Shown here: positions 1 through 11,141 of the stretch, piece after piece
How the letters are laid out: the number at the start of each line of letters is the position of its first letter
How positions within the stretch are numbered: position 1 is the stretch's first letter
Assembly: GCA_964016885.1 (NCBI GenBank)
Contig: OZ024741.1
Coordinates: 187,240,001 to 187,304,000, forward strand
Source: Eledone cirrhosa
Lineage: Eukaryota
DNA: 64,000 nucleotides
Direction: 5' to 3'
Notes under the pieces: generated by a model
What the model was told of the DNA's origin: nothing
Databases searched by the model: none
The model's input: the letters and a program-made list of their open reading frames with translations, nothing else
Program-made: the position numbers and the translations under genes

Positions 1-168
1 AAGATCAGCAAATATGAGCTACAGAAGATCGGGCTACTAGGAACAGCACATATTCTCAGATGAGTTCTCTCTCTACAATGAAAAACATCTATTGCTCTAG
101 GCTCAAGGCCTGAACCTGGCAATAGAGAAACAGAACAGATCTAAAAGAAATAATATAATGATAATAAT
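1..168 (+). mobile_element. 3' end of an RLE-type (R4/Dong-like) non-LTR retrotransposon with (TAA)-rich tail
   Basis: Frame 2 reads ...KISKYELQKIGLLGTAHILR*, matching the C-terminal LQK-x-x-LLGTA-x-x-LR motif also seen at ~3350-3395; followed by a short UTR and TAA repeats. Confidence 0.7.
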
Positions 169-260
169 TGTTTCTACTTTTGGCACAAGACCAGCAATTA
201 TCCAGTGCATTACTGGTACTATATCCCTGTGGTATATCCTATATATCACAGGGATAATAT

Positions 261-455
261 AATTGTTTCTACTTTTGGCACAAGGCCAGCAATTACCCAG
301 TGTATTACTGGTACTTTATTTTATCGACCCCATAAGGATGAAAGGCAAAGTTAACTTCGACGGGATTTGAACTCAGAATGGCAAGGGCCGTAACTCTATG
401 CGTCAAAGCATGGCGTCCGACCCTCTACCGATACTGCCAATCCACTGGCCAATCC
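261..455 (-). mobile_element. tRNA-derived SINE (dominant family); partial tail copy at 168-225
   Basis: Minus strand has A box TGGCAGTATCGG, B box GAGTTCAAATCC, body GCCTTTCATCCTTAYGGGGTCGATAAAATAAAGTACCAG and tail GGCCTTGTGCC..AGTAGAAACAATTA; >10 copies in window. Confidence 0.85.
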
Positions 456-482
456 ACAGGGATAATATAATGATAATGATAC

Positions 483-725
483 TGTTTTCTTATATAGGCA
501 ACAATTTGGGGGAGGGGAAAGTCGATTAAATCGACTTAAGTCGATTAAATCGACCCCAGTGCGTGATTGGTACTTTATTTTATCGACTTGGTACTTTATT
601 TTATCGACACCGTAAGGATGAAAGGCAAAGTTAACCTCGACGGGATGTGAACTCAGATAATAAAGGGCCGTAACTCTATGCTGCAAAGCATGTTGTCCGA
701 TGCCCTACCGATACTGTCAATCAGC
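483..725 (-). mobile_element. tRNA-derived SINE, long-tail subfamily
   Basis: Same head and body, plus GGGGAGGGGAAAGTCGATTAAATCGAC segment and small internal duplications. Confidence 0.8.
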
Positions 726-738
726 TGCCTTCATAATG

Positions 739-780
<42 letters not shown>

Positions 781-781
<1 letters not shown>

Positions 782-3410
782 CTTGGTGGAAGAAACGACT
801 GAATGGTCAAATCAGGGAAATGAGAAATGACATTGGAAAGCTTGAGTCCCTACTGAATGGGACACTAAAAAACATAGACACTAAAAATAGACTTGAAATA
901 AAGTACAAAACTAAAAGGAAAAAGCTAAATATTATCATAGAGGAACTGAAGCAACGCATTGTAGCAAAGAGTGCAAACATTAGGCGATACGAGAGCAGAG
1001 TCAGTCAGTATAGACAGAACCGCATGTTTGACAACAACCAGAAGATGCTGTTTGGACAGCTTGAAGGGAAAGAAAGAGGCAACGACTTGATCGCTGAGGC
1101 GGAACAAATTAAGACATTCTGGAGAGGAATATGGGAGCAGGATGTTAAACATAATGACCAGGTAGTGTGGATTGAGACAGTACAAAAGGAGATTAGTGAA
1201 CAGGCACACCAACAAACTGATTTGAGTATCACAGTTGAAACTCTTAAGAGGCAGGCCAAAAAACTAACCAACTGGAAATCACCAGGCCCAGATGGTGTGC
1301 AGGGGTATTGGATTAAAAATATAACATCCCTCCACCCGAAACTGACAACCATGTTCAATGACTGCTTGATGTCAGGTGAGGTACGAGAGTGGTTGACAAA
1401 AGGTACCACAGTTCTGGTAATGAAAGACCGAATCAAGGGTAATGATGTTACCAACTATAGACCTATCACATGTCTGTCCGTAATGTGGAAACTGTTGGCA
1501 AGCATTATATCTGAGGAAATCTACCATCACCTCCACACAAACAACTTGTTACCGGACGAACAGAAAGGATGCCGAAAGAAGTCACGTGGTACAAAGAACC
1601 AGTTACTTATTGATAAGATGGTAATGAGGAATTGCAAGAGGAGACACACTGGTCTTGCGATGGGATGGATAGACTACAAAAAGGCATTTGACATGGTGCT
1701 TCATTCTTGGATCACCAAAAGCCTAGAGATCTTCAAGGTGGCAGATAACATCAGACAGTTGTTGGGCAAAAGTATGAAGTCCTGGAAAACAGAGTTAACA
1801 TCAGCTGGAGAATCCTTAGGAGGCGTGAAGATCAAGAGAGGTATCTTCCAGGGAGATAGTCTGTCCCCTCTATTGTTTGTCCTTGCCCTGATGCCCCTGA
1901 CCATTATACTTCGAAAAGTGAGAGCAGGATACAAGTTGGGAAAGGGAGAGCTTACCATCAATCACCTCCTCTTCGTGGACGATCTTAAGCTCTTCGGGAA
2001 GAGTGAGAATGAGTTGGATGTGCTTGTTGACACTGTCCGTATTTTCAGCAATGATATATGTATGCAATTTGGTATTAGTAAGTGTGGTGTCCTTGTGATG
2101 AAGAGGAGTAAATTGAGCAGAAGCAATGGAATCCAGGTACCAACATGTGAGATGATAAAGGAAATTGACACTGAAGAAGGATACAAGTATTTGGGTGTTC
2201 TGGAGGCTGATGACATCAAGAACAAAAAATGAAGGAATTGATAAGATCTGAATACATTCGGAGAGTAAGGAGCGTATTAAAGTCACATCTGAACAGTAGG
2301 AATGCCATAAGTGCAGTAAATTCCCGAGCTGTGTCCATTATTAGGTACAGTGCGGGAATTCTGAGATGGAATGTTGCTGAACAAAAAGAAATGGATAGGA
2401 AGACTAGGAAGCTATTGACTATCTACAACATGTTCCACAAGAGGAGTGATGTCTATAGACTCTACTTAAGGAGATCTGAAGGTGGAAGAGGTCTTATCAG
2501 CATAGAGGACTGTGTTCAGATGGAGAAAAACAACCTACACAAATACGTGACTGATAGTAAGGAGCCAATGCTCAGAACTGTACTGAAGGAGAGGACAATA
2601 GACCAAGGGATGTCCAAGGAGGAAATAACAACAAGGAGAAAGAGCAGCCTTCATGAGAAATCCCTTCATAGTACCTTCTTTGAGAAAACTGAATTCAGAG
2701 ATCCACAGACATGGAACGGGTTGAAAAGAGGAGACCTTAAAAAGGCTACAGAAGGAATGTTAATGTCTGCGCAAGAGCAGGCCCTCAAAACGAAGTGGTT
2801 GAAACACCATATTTACAAGGAGGAGGCTAGCCCACTGTGCAGGATCTGTGGAGAGAGAGAGGAGACTGTGGCTCACATTGTATCCGAGTGTAAACACCTA
2901 GCCCAGACTCACTATATAAGGTTGGAGACATGATGTGATGGGCAGGGTGATCCACTGGCACCTATGCAAAGTAAAGAATTTACCACATTCTGAGAAGTGG
3001 TATGAGCATAAGCCAGAGTCGGTGATAGAAAACGATCAGGTGAAGGTGCTGTGGGATTTTAGGATACAGACGGACAAGAAACTGGAACACAATAGGCCTG
3101 ACCTGATGGTTTTGGACAAGGAAAAGAGATCGTGCCTGATTGTAGATGTGGCCTGCCCATTTCACACGAGAGTGCAAGAGAAGGAGAGGGAGAAAATTAA
3201 CTGATACCAGGATTTAAAGTGGGAGTTAAAAAGGATTTGGAACTGCCATGAAATCTAGGTCGTCCCGATTGTCATAGGCGCAATAGGTAATATCTCAAAG
3301 AGTTTCCAAGAATGGTTAAAGAAGATTAGTCCAGCCCCACTTTTTGGAACACTTCAAAAGGCATGCTTGCTGGGAACAGCAAGAACCCTCCGATACGTCC
3401 TAAATGTCTG
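781..3410 (+). pseudogene. Disrupted RT-RLE polyprotein ORF (pieces 781-2232, 2229-2933, 2935-3204, to ~3410)
   Basis: Consecutive ORFs carry sequential domains; frameshifts near 2222-2229 (A-run) and ~2920, in-frame stops at ~3202 and ~3256. The ORF start at 700 is a SINE/(TAA)n artefact. Confidence 0.85.
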
Positions 3411-3490
3411 AGGATGCAGGTAGCGGCTTGATATTCATTTCAACAAACTTTCCAGTTAAATAACATCAATGACTGAGACTCAAAGAACAA
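781..3490 (+). mobile_element. 5'-truncated R4/Dong-like non-LTR retrotransposon (RT + CCHC + restriction-like endonuclease) flanked by (TAA)n
   Basis: (TAA)n at ~735-780 and ~3487-3502; RT motifs NYRPITCL, EQKGCR, WIDYKKAFD, GIFQGDSLSPLLF, FVDDLKL; CRICGEREETVAHIVSEC zinc knuckle; RHD; NRPDLMVLD...DVACP RLE; LQKACLLGTARTLR terminus. Confidence 0.9.
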
Positions 3491-3555
3491 TAATAATAAT
3501 AATTGTTTCTACTTTAGGCACAAGGCCTGCAATTACCCAGTACATTACTGGTAAT

Positions 3556-4606
3556 AATAATGATTTCTTTATTGGCCACAAGGGCTGACATCAAGAAAAA
3601 CATTACAGACGGCACAGGACGGTACAGGACGGTACGATGTGGGTTTTGTGCGTGTAAATATTTTTATTATTTAATTAAGAAAAGAAAAAGGACATAGAAA
3701 CATATATATATAAACAATAAAAATGAAAACTGAAACAATGAAAAATTCCCCAATAGGGGGGAAACCTCTGAGGGTTACTCGTGGCGAAAACCACACAAAA
3801 GACCACGGCCACCCTGACCACCAGAGCAAGCGCCCTCTCTCAGCTTTTCCATTTCGGACCATTCTCGCTACATTCACCCACCTTTCAACAAACTAGCTAG
3901 AAGGCAGCACTTGCCTCTCCATCCTGATTTTCCTCTTCAAGTGAAACTTGAAAAAGTTAATTAGGGATTCGCTGAAGAGGAAAGTGTCTGTCTTTAACCC
4001 TTTTAACCTTGTCCACCACACAATCTCTTTCGCCATGGCCACCAGGCAGATGAAAACCGCCTGTCCTTCCTCCTCGAAGGAAGACGGCGAGACCATCTGC
4101 ACAATGGACTCAGTCGACAACCGGATCAGTCCTACACGCGAGAGCAACTGTTCGACATAGCTCCACAAGTCAGCAATGCTCGGGCACTGAACGAGTGCGT
4201 GCACGACGGTTTCGTCGCTCTGCGCGCATCTCAGACAGGCTCGGCTGACGGCACTTCCGTGCCTCTAGAGATTATCTCGAACCGGCAGCGCTCCCCGGTA
4301 GCACTGCCAGGCCAGGGATTTTTGGAAGTTATCCATAGTCCCCGGGCTGAAAGTTCTCCGGAAGAGAGCAAACAGCTGATCTTCTTCGACGCCCAGGATC
4401 TCTCCGAGAATGTCGTCGCTCTTCCCCTCCACTAGTCCTCTATAGAACGCCGAGGTGGATGTTCCACCGATACTGGTGCCCAGCTGGCAGAGGGCAGTGA
4501 GCGCCTGGAGACACTCCAGTTTCCAAGCGCTATCCCTCGGTCTTTTTCTGACCCAGGACTGCAGCTCCGTCAAGGAGACGAGCTGTGGGAAAACGTGTCT
4601 GGCGAA
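3556..4606 (-). mobile_element. 5'-truncated Tx1/L1-type LINE (ORF2 C-terminus + 3' UTR) flanked by (TAA)n
   Basis: Peptides FPQLVSLTELQSWV, MDNFQKSLAWQCYRGALPVR, MAKEIVWWTRLKGL match the 50-57 kb elements; 3' end GCCCTTGTGGCCAATAAAGAAATC(ATT)n; (TAA)n at 3552-3561 and 4607-4629. Confidence 0.9.
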
Positions 4607-4799
4607 CAATAATAATAATAATAATAATATTTTAATTCATAATCACAAGTATTTAGACTATACATTAATGACAAGTATTTAGACTATACATTAATCACAA
4701 GTATTTAGACTATACATTAATGACTGTACAATCTGATAGTGTGTAGTTTTATGGAAACGCAAAGATGATGAATAGTAAAACCAAAAACAAAACCTGTAA

Positions 4800-6362
4800 C
4801 GATAAAATTCAAAAATATAAAATTCCCCAGTGGGGGAAAGGAGTCTTCCGATGGCAGAAAGACACTGTCACCCTAATCACTAAGGCAAGTGCCTTTTCCT
4901 AGTTGTCTTCCCCCAATCTACATATGTATACTCAGAGCAGGCCCGTTCTCTCAGGCCATGCTCTCTACACTGAACCACCTTTAAATAAATTTGCGGAAAT
5001 ACAACACTTTCTTCTCCTCCTCCCCATCCCGACTTTCTTTGTCAAGTGAAACATAAAAAAGTTAATCAGGGTTTGGCCAAAGTGAAAATTACCTCTCCTC
5101 AAACCTTTCAATATTGTCCACCACAAAACCTATTTTGTAATCGCCAGACAGATATCAACTGCCCTCCCTTTCCGGCCAAAGGAAGGCAGCGAGTCGATCG
5201 TTACAATGGTCAGCTGATATCGCATCCCAACTACATGAGATAGCAGCTGTTTCACATAACTCCTCAAGTTAACAATACTTGGAGAGGCCCGGCTAACGGC
5301 ACTTCTAGCCGGTAAAGTACATCCCAAACTGGCAAAACACCTCTGCCGCAAGGCCAGCGATTTCTGGAAAATATCCATATGTCCTACATCAAAAGTCTTC
5401 CGAAATTAACTAGCCAGTTGATTTTCGTTGACGCCCAGATTCTCCCTGCAAACTTCGTCGGATTTGCCCACCATTAAATGTTGATAGAAAGTCAAATTAC
5501 TTTTTCACCTCTTCCCAGTTCTTGTCTACCTGGAGCTGTTGACCAAGCTCACCTGCATTGCTCGCCTGACAATGAGCTAAGACCACTTCATAACATTCCA
5601 ATCGCTAAGCGCTCTTTCTTGTTCATCGCTTGATCAAGGCCTGCAGCTCTATTAAAGGGATGACCTGGAGAAAGATGGATCTGAAAAACGGTAATCACGT
5701 CTGTTCACCGTGAAAGAAACGCTAGAGATGTCGCAGCCTCAAAGAATATCTGTGTATCATAAACCACATTACGGTAGTTCTCCACGAAGTGGGTTTTGAC
5801 AGCAAATGGAGCGCCAAACCAGAGGAACGTATCCCTTCCCCAAAATGAGTACGGCCAGATGTAAACTAGAGAAAAGCACCAGGCGATATAAGCATTCGAT
5901 ACCTCTGTTTGACCTGTCAGTGGTAACTTCCCTTCAGACTATTTTTGGTGAGAATGGCCACCTTGTTTTGTCACCTCATTCACATTCTTGTTCACATGGA
6001 GTTCGGGACCAAACCGGACTCAGTGCAATTTGACAGTCCGTCAACCTTCATTACCCGTTGTCGAGCGGCAAACCTATCAACTTTTTCTAGTTAATTTTCG
6101 ATCCTGTCATCGCTTCGCACTCCCTTAGAACGAGGCTGATCACCGCTGTGTGATTATTGCCCAACACTACTACAGTGACGAAGTCCGCTTGTGCCAACAG
6201 GGATCTTCCGTATCCTAATTTGCACAATATTTCCCTCAACGTCCCTGGATCCTGCATGAGTGTTTCTACTTTCAGTGCATTCAGAAGAGATGACAATATA
6301 CAGCCTTGACGGACAGAGCGCATAATACTGCAAAGTTCTGGTAGGCAGCCATTTACTCTGTA
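4800..6362 (-). mobile_element. Older degenerate Tx1/L1-type LINE fragment (RT to 3' region)
   Basis: Remnant peptides RSVRQGCILSSLL, ADFVTVVV, GSKIN, MDIFQKSLA with many stops/frameshifts. Confidence 0.75.
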
Positions 6363-6457
6363 GCTGTAATCATTGTTTCTCTTTTTTTAAAACCGGTTTT
6401 ACTGTATTCGCCGCTTGTTTCTGTTGTTTGTTTTCATGCAGCGTCTCTGGCATTACC

Positions 6458-6461
<4 letters not shown>

Positions 6462-6530
<69 letters not shown>
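6462..6530. repeat. (CT)n microsatellite
   Basis: Direct reading. Confidence 0.95.
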
Positions 6531-6856
6531 TTATTTATAACTTTTATCACTCCTCTCATAGACATGTTACATTTTGTCTCTTGTAATACCAGATATTAAA
6601 ATGAACTGTCTGAAAGACAAACCTTTCGCCAACTCTAGTAACAGGATATTTTTCTCCGCAAGCGTGTTCAACGATATTTATAAAGATTTGTATGCGGAGA
6701 TTAAGTTTCAATAAATCACTGGACTATTTTGAAACTGTAAAGTTTTGTGCTATTGTATCTTCTTAGTTAAACGTGTAACTACATTGCTTGTAAATGGGAT
6801 TGCCTATTTTTAAATGTATTCTCAATAAGACTGATAACGAGTTATGTCTCTACCGT

Positions 6857-7350
6857 CTGACGGCTGCGAAACTTGGCCACTGAGAGCAGAGGACATGCGC
6901 AAACTCGAAGTATTAGACCATCATTGTTTACGCCGCATCCTTCGTGTTCGTTGGCAACAATTCATCTCGAATTCTGCAATCCGTGCACGCTGCAAATACT
7001 CCTCCCTCCAGCAGGCTCTTCTCACGAGGTGTCTTTGCTGGCTTGGTCATGCTCTCCGTCGACAGCCAGGCGACTTCCTCCGCGAAGCCATTGATCCATC
7101 TCCTCCGTTGGGATGGAGGAAACGTCGTGGAGGCCAACTGAAAACGTAGCTTAGGATGGTGAGGCAAGACGCTGAGCTGATCTTAGGCCCACGGCCTGTG
7201 TGGGGTTCGGTGATGGCTGACACTCATATCTTCGATAGGGTCGGACCGTCGTGATTGGTCAGCCTACATTCGGGATACGGTAAATTCGTTGGACGGAGCC
7301 GGCTCAATCGACCCAGGGTGAATGCCGCCACAAGACAAGAAGAAGGAGAA
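6857..7350 (+). mobile_element. 3' fragment of an RTE-clade LINE
   Basis: GCETWPLRAEDMRKLEVLDHHCLRRILRVRW...CWLGHALRR...KRRGGQLKT, typical RTE C-terminal region; ends in CAAGA/GAA short repeats. Confidence 0.75.
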
Positions 7351-8038
7351 GACGTCTGACGTAGATAGTTTTGTGCGATATACCAAGGTAATTAGACGTT
7401 AATTGCTATTAAAGAGCAAAATATAATTTTAAAAGTAACATGGCTTTGTACATACGTAGATGATTTCTTTTAATTTTTAACTACAGATATTGGGAAATTT
7501 TCTTGCAGCGATTTTAAGACTTATGTAAGTATATTTCAAAGAATTTTAATAAATCTTCAACCGAACTCGAAAACGTCTTAGAGAACAGGGTTAGTTATGC
7601 ATGATTATGACTTCGTAATATCCAAGCGGTTAAAATGACTATATGTAAGGATATATATTAACACTAACACTAATATACACACACACACGTATATATATTT
7701 ATATATATATATATACTAGCAGTTTAGTCCGGCGTTGCTCGGGTTTGTTCATTTGCTATGAAAAGTTACATACAGGTAAACGTGGCTTGAAAGCGAATAA
7801 GCTTATCAATTAAGTGCATAAAGCAGTTGAACCAGCTATTAATAGTTACGAACCAATTAGCATTTTGGACAATCAATGATGGATTAATAACCTTCCAATA
7901 GCGAATTTAGCAGACCAAAATTGCAAGATGGTGGCCCTGATACCGCTGGGGGTCAGATCTGTCCGCCATGGGTGACCCTACCAGGAAATAGTTTTCCAGA
8001 CGGCATAGCTCCAACACCTCCAACACCTGCACCAACAT

Positions 8039-11000
8039 CTATAGCACCTCTTTGTAGACGATATTGCATGTCATCCCTTGAGGAGTGTAAGCAAACATTC
8101 CATTCCTGCTCCCTACGCGGGAACAGACAACATAAAGTTGGCCATGGGAGAAGCATGGCTCCCCCAAATGGATGCCCGCCACTGACAATGTTTGCTCTTG
8201 TGACTTATTAATGGACATGGCAAAACATGGTCTCACCGGGAATTGGGATCGCCAGAAATCGAACGGGATATCTGACGCCGAGGGGAAAAAGGTTCATCCT
8301 TGGCAGTGTATTCGGCAGAATTGCCAGAAGTACAACACTATGGGTGTTGTCATATTAATATTTAACCAATGAAAGTCGTAAAAAATAAATAATTTAAACA
8401 TTCCGATTCATATGTCTATAATATTAATCTGTTAAATGAAGTGGTATTTTGCGGGTTGTTATTTGCAATAAGCCGATTTAAAATACCCCAGAAAAGGCGG
8501 TATGTCAATACGGAATTCCAATGACTCCCCCAGCAGTTAAATTATAGAGAGGGGGAATAATCTATTATAGAGAGAGGGAAGAGCGATGGAGAGAGTAAAG
8601 CTAAGAAACTATAGGGAGGTGTGTAAAACAGTGTTGTCATATAGAGAGTGAAGAGCGATAGAGAGAGTAAAGCAATTAAATTATAGAGAGGGGGAATAAT
8701 CTATTACAGAGAGAGGGAAGAGCGACGGAGAGAGCGTTATGTTTGTTGTTGTATAAAATGATGTGTTGCTTAGTTTTCAAAGTTTATGTCGCGTTCCTGA
8801 ACGAAGTTTTGTCGCTGTTGCGTAGTAGAGAGAGTGAATAAGCGTGTGAGAGAGAGGATTACAGCATGTATTTAGTTTTATCGATTTTTTTCATAGAAGC
8901 AGGACATTTTTGGCAAAGTTTATTACGCGTTGACCATCGTTGGTAAATTTGACGCCGATGGGAAAAGCTTCATCCTTGGAATGAAAACATTCTCCCCTCT
9001 CTCACACCCCGTTACAATGGTAGCCTCAATCAAGTGGGGCGTCATTGACTTGACGACCATGCGAGTACCGTTGCACTGCTTTCGTGGGCGCAAGTTCCTT
9101 ATTAGCATAATGAGACAGCCAACCCTAAGCTTAAGAATGTGAGGTGGTAGCCCTGGATAATTAATGATATCGTCGGGGTCTGACGTCCGGTCGATAGATT
9201 TGAAGATGTACTCTTTACCGGGAATTTTTTCAATCAGCTGCTCGTTAATAAAATTAACCATGCCAATTTTCGGAGCAAGGATGGCTCTTTCGCTGAGCCA
9301 ATCGAAGTGTTTAAAGTTAGATGAGACATTAGGAAAAACTGCCTCCCAAAGGTCAGAAGGGCTGCTCACAATATTGCACAGGCAGTCGATTGCTATGTCG
9401 CCCTTGTCATCCGCAGGGACCTTGCCCTCACCAAGTGCTAAAATGTTCTGAGCAAATACTGCAGATATGTTGTCAGTTTGTGCTCAGGTACAAAGTCTTC
9501 ACCTGGGGCAACAACGTGGACGACTTAAGGCAGGCAAGCACTTCATCAGCTCTTGTCCCTTTGGGGATGACAGGCAGCGTTTGCCGAAAATCCCCTGATA
9601 GCAGAAGGGTTACGCCACCCATAGGTGCCGTAGAATCCCTAATGTCTTTCAGGGTCCTGTCCAATGCCTCAAGGGCACCCTTGTGTGCCATTGTGCACTA
9701 ATCCCAAACAATGAGGCAACATTTTTTGTTTTGAGAACCAGAGCTTCGTGTGAGCTCTTGCTGATATTGCATGTTGGTGTCTCAGTTTTTACTAAATCCA
9801 AGGGGAGTTTAAAGGTTGAATGTGCTGTCCTGCTTCCTGGCAGCAAAGTAGCAGCGATCCCGGACGATGCAACGGCCAACGCAATTTTTTTCTCCTGACG
9901 AATCTTAGCGGGAATCAATTTTGTTACAAAAGTTTTTCCGGTACCCCAAGAGCATCGAGAAAGAAAATACCCCCAGTCTGATTTTGAACCGCGTCAATGA
10001 TAGTTAAATAGGCCAACCTTTGGTCCGACAGACGTTTGGGCTCATTTTCCTCTAAGTATTGGAAAAGATATTCGATGTCATATGCTGTTTCCCGCAACAA
10101 ATCCGGGGCCAACGTATTAGCTTCATCTGTGACGGTTGACGGCAAGCCATACGTCGCCAACTCACTCCCACCCGTGTCGAGGAGGGCGTCCTCGATATCA
10201 ATGAGTGCCCTGTTGTATATAATGCCGCTGTAAGCAACTTCCACTGAAGTATACTGCAGATGAGCCAGGCGCAGGAAATCCTCAGACATGAAGTCTCTGT
10301 ACTTGACCCATAAAGATTTGGGATTACCCAATTCACACTTTTGAAGCAAAATGGCAAAGAGTTCCCTTAGACCTTTAGGTGATTTCAACAAAACACCGTC
10401 TGCTAAAGTGGAATCCCATTGCGAATCATCTTCCAAAAGACCACGCTTAAAGCAGGCTTCCCGGTACGTATCACATATTTCTCCATCAACAGTTTTGAGG
10501 TCCTGAAACTTTGTGGGCCTACAACTTCATGCAGAAGAAGGCAGAGATGAAATCATTCATGCTGACTTGGGGGCACAGTGTAAACCCTTCCAAGACAGCT
10601 GTCAAATTTTACACCAGGATGTCTTTCAACAGCCTGACCTGACTTTCTTCGCACCCAAGTGTTTTTGGACCATATAAAGTAGGATGGAACCTGGGGTACA
10701 CAATTGTTTGCGCAAATGTATCGAACAGGCAAAGTTTGAAGAAACCTGTCAGAGTGGTCTCTCTCGGATCGGCGGCCAACTTGGCGGCGGTTTGGTCCGG
10801 GGTGCCGTTGGTGTAGGGGGAAACCAAATTGGCGCCAAAAAGCTTCATTGCTACTGATGTACCGCCCCGCCAGGTATTCTGTGACCTCATCAGAGCCCTT
10901 ATTTACATATTTGCATATGTATGTTATAGACTTGACGGAGTTGCAAACCTCAACGTTGCTGTGGGCGTTGAACATCTTCAAGAGAAGCGAGCAGTAAGGG

Positions 11001-11133
11001 ACCACCCATCTATTGTCGACTTGACCTCACTTTACTGTTGTGGTGAAGCCACCGTTCTCGGGCCGTCTCCGCCTGTACAGGGAGTACCCGTCGCCACCAG
11101 TCTAATTCTCGTCAACAAATTTTTTGGGCTATT
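8039..11133 (-). pseudogene. Helitron RepHel C-terminal part (Rep Y2 region + PIF1-family helicase), frameshifted and interrupted
   Basis: DGYSLYRRR (~11070), SITYICKYVNKGSD, GRYISSNEAFW, ASSGIAATLLPGSRTAHSTFKLP, LSGDFRQTLPV, LPPHILKLRVG, CNGTR, FAMSINKSQ, FSHGQLYVVCSRV, NIVYKEVL*. Confidence 0.9.
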
Positions 11134-11141
11134 CCTTACTG

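Noticed and set aside
700-780. Hydrophobic poly-Ile N-terminus of the 510-aa RT ORF resembling a signal peptide
   Set aside because: Derived from SINE head plus (TAA)n target repeat, not part of the element
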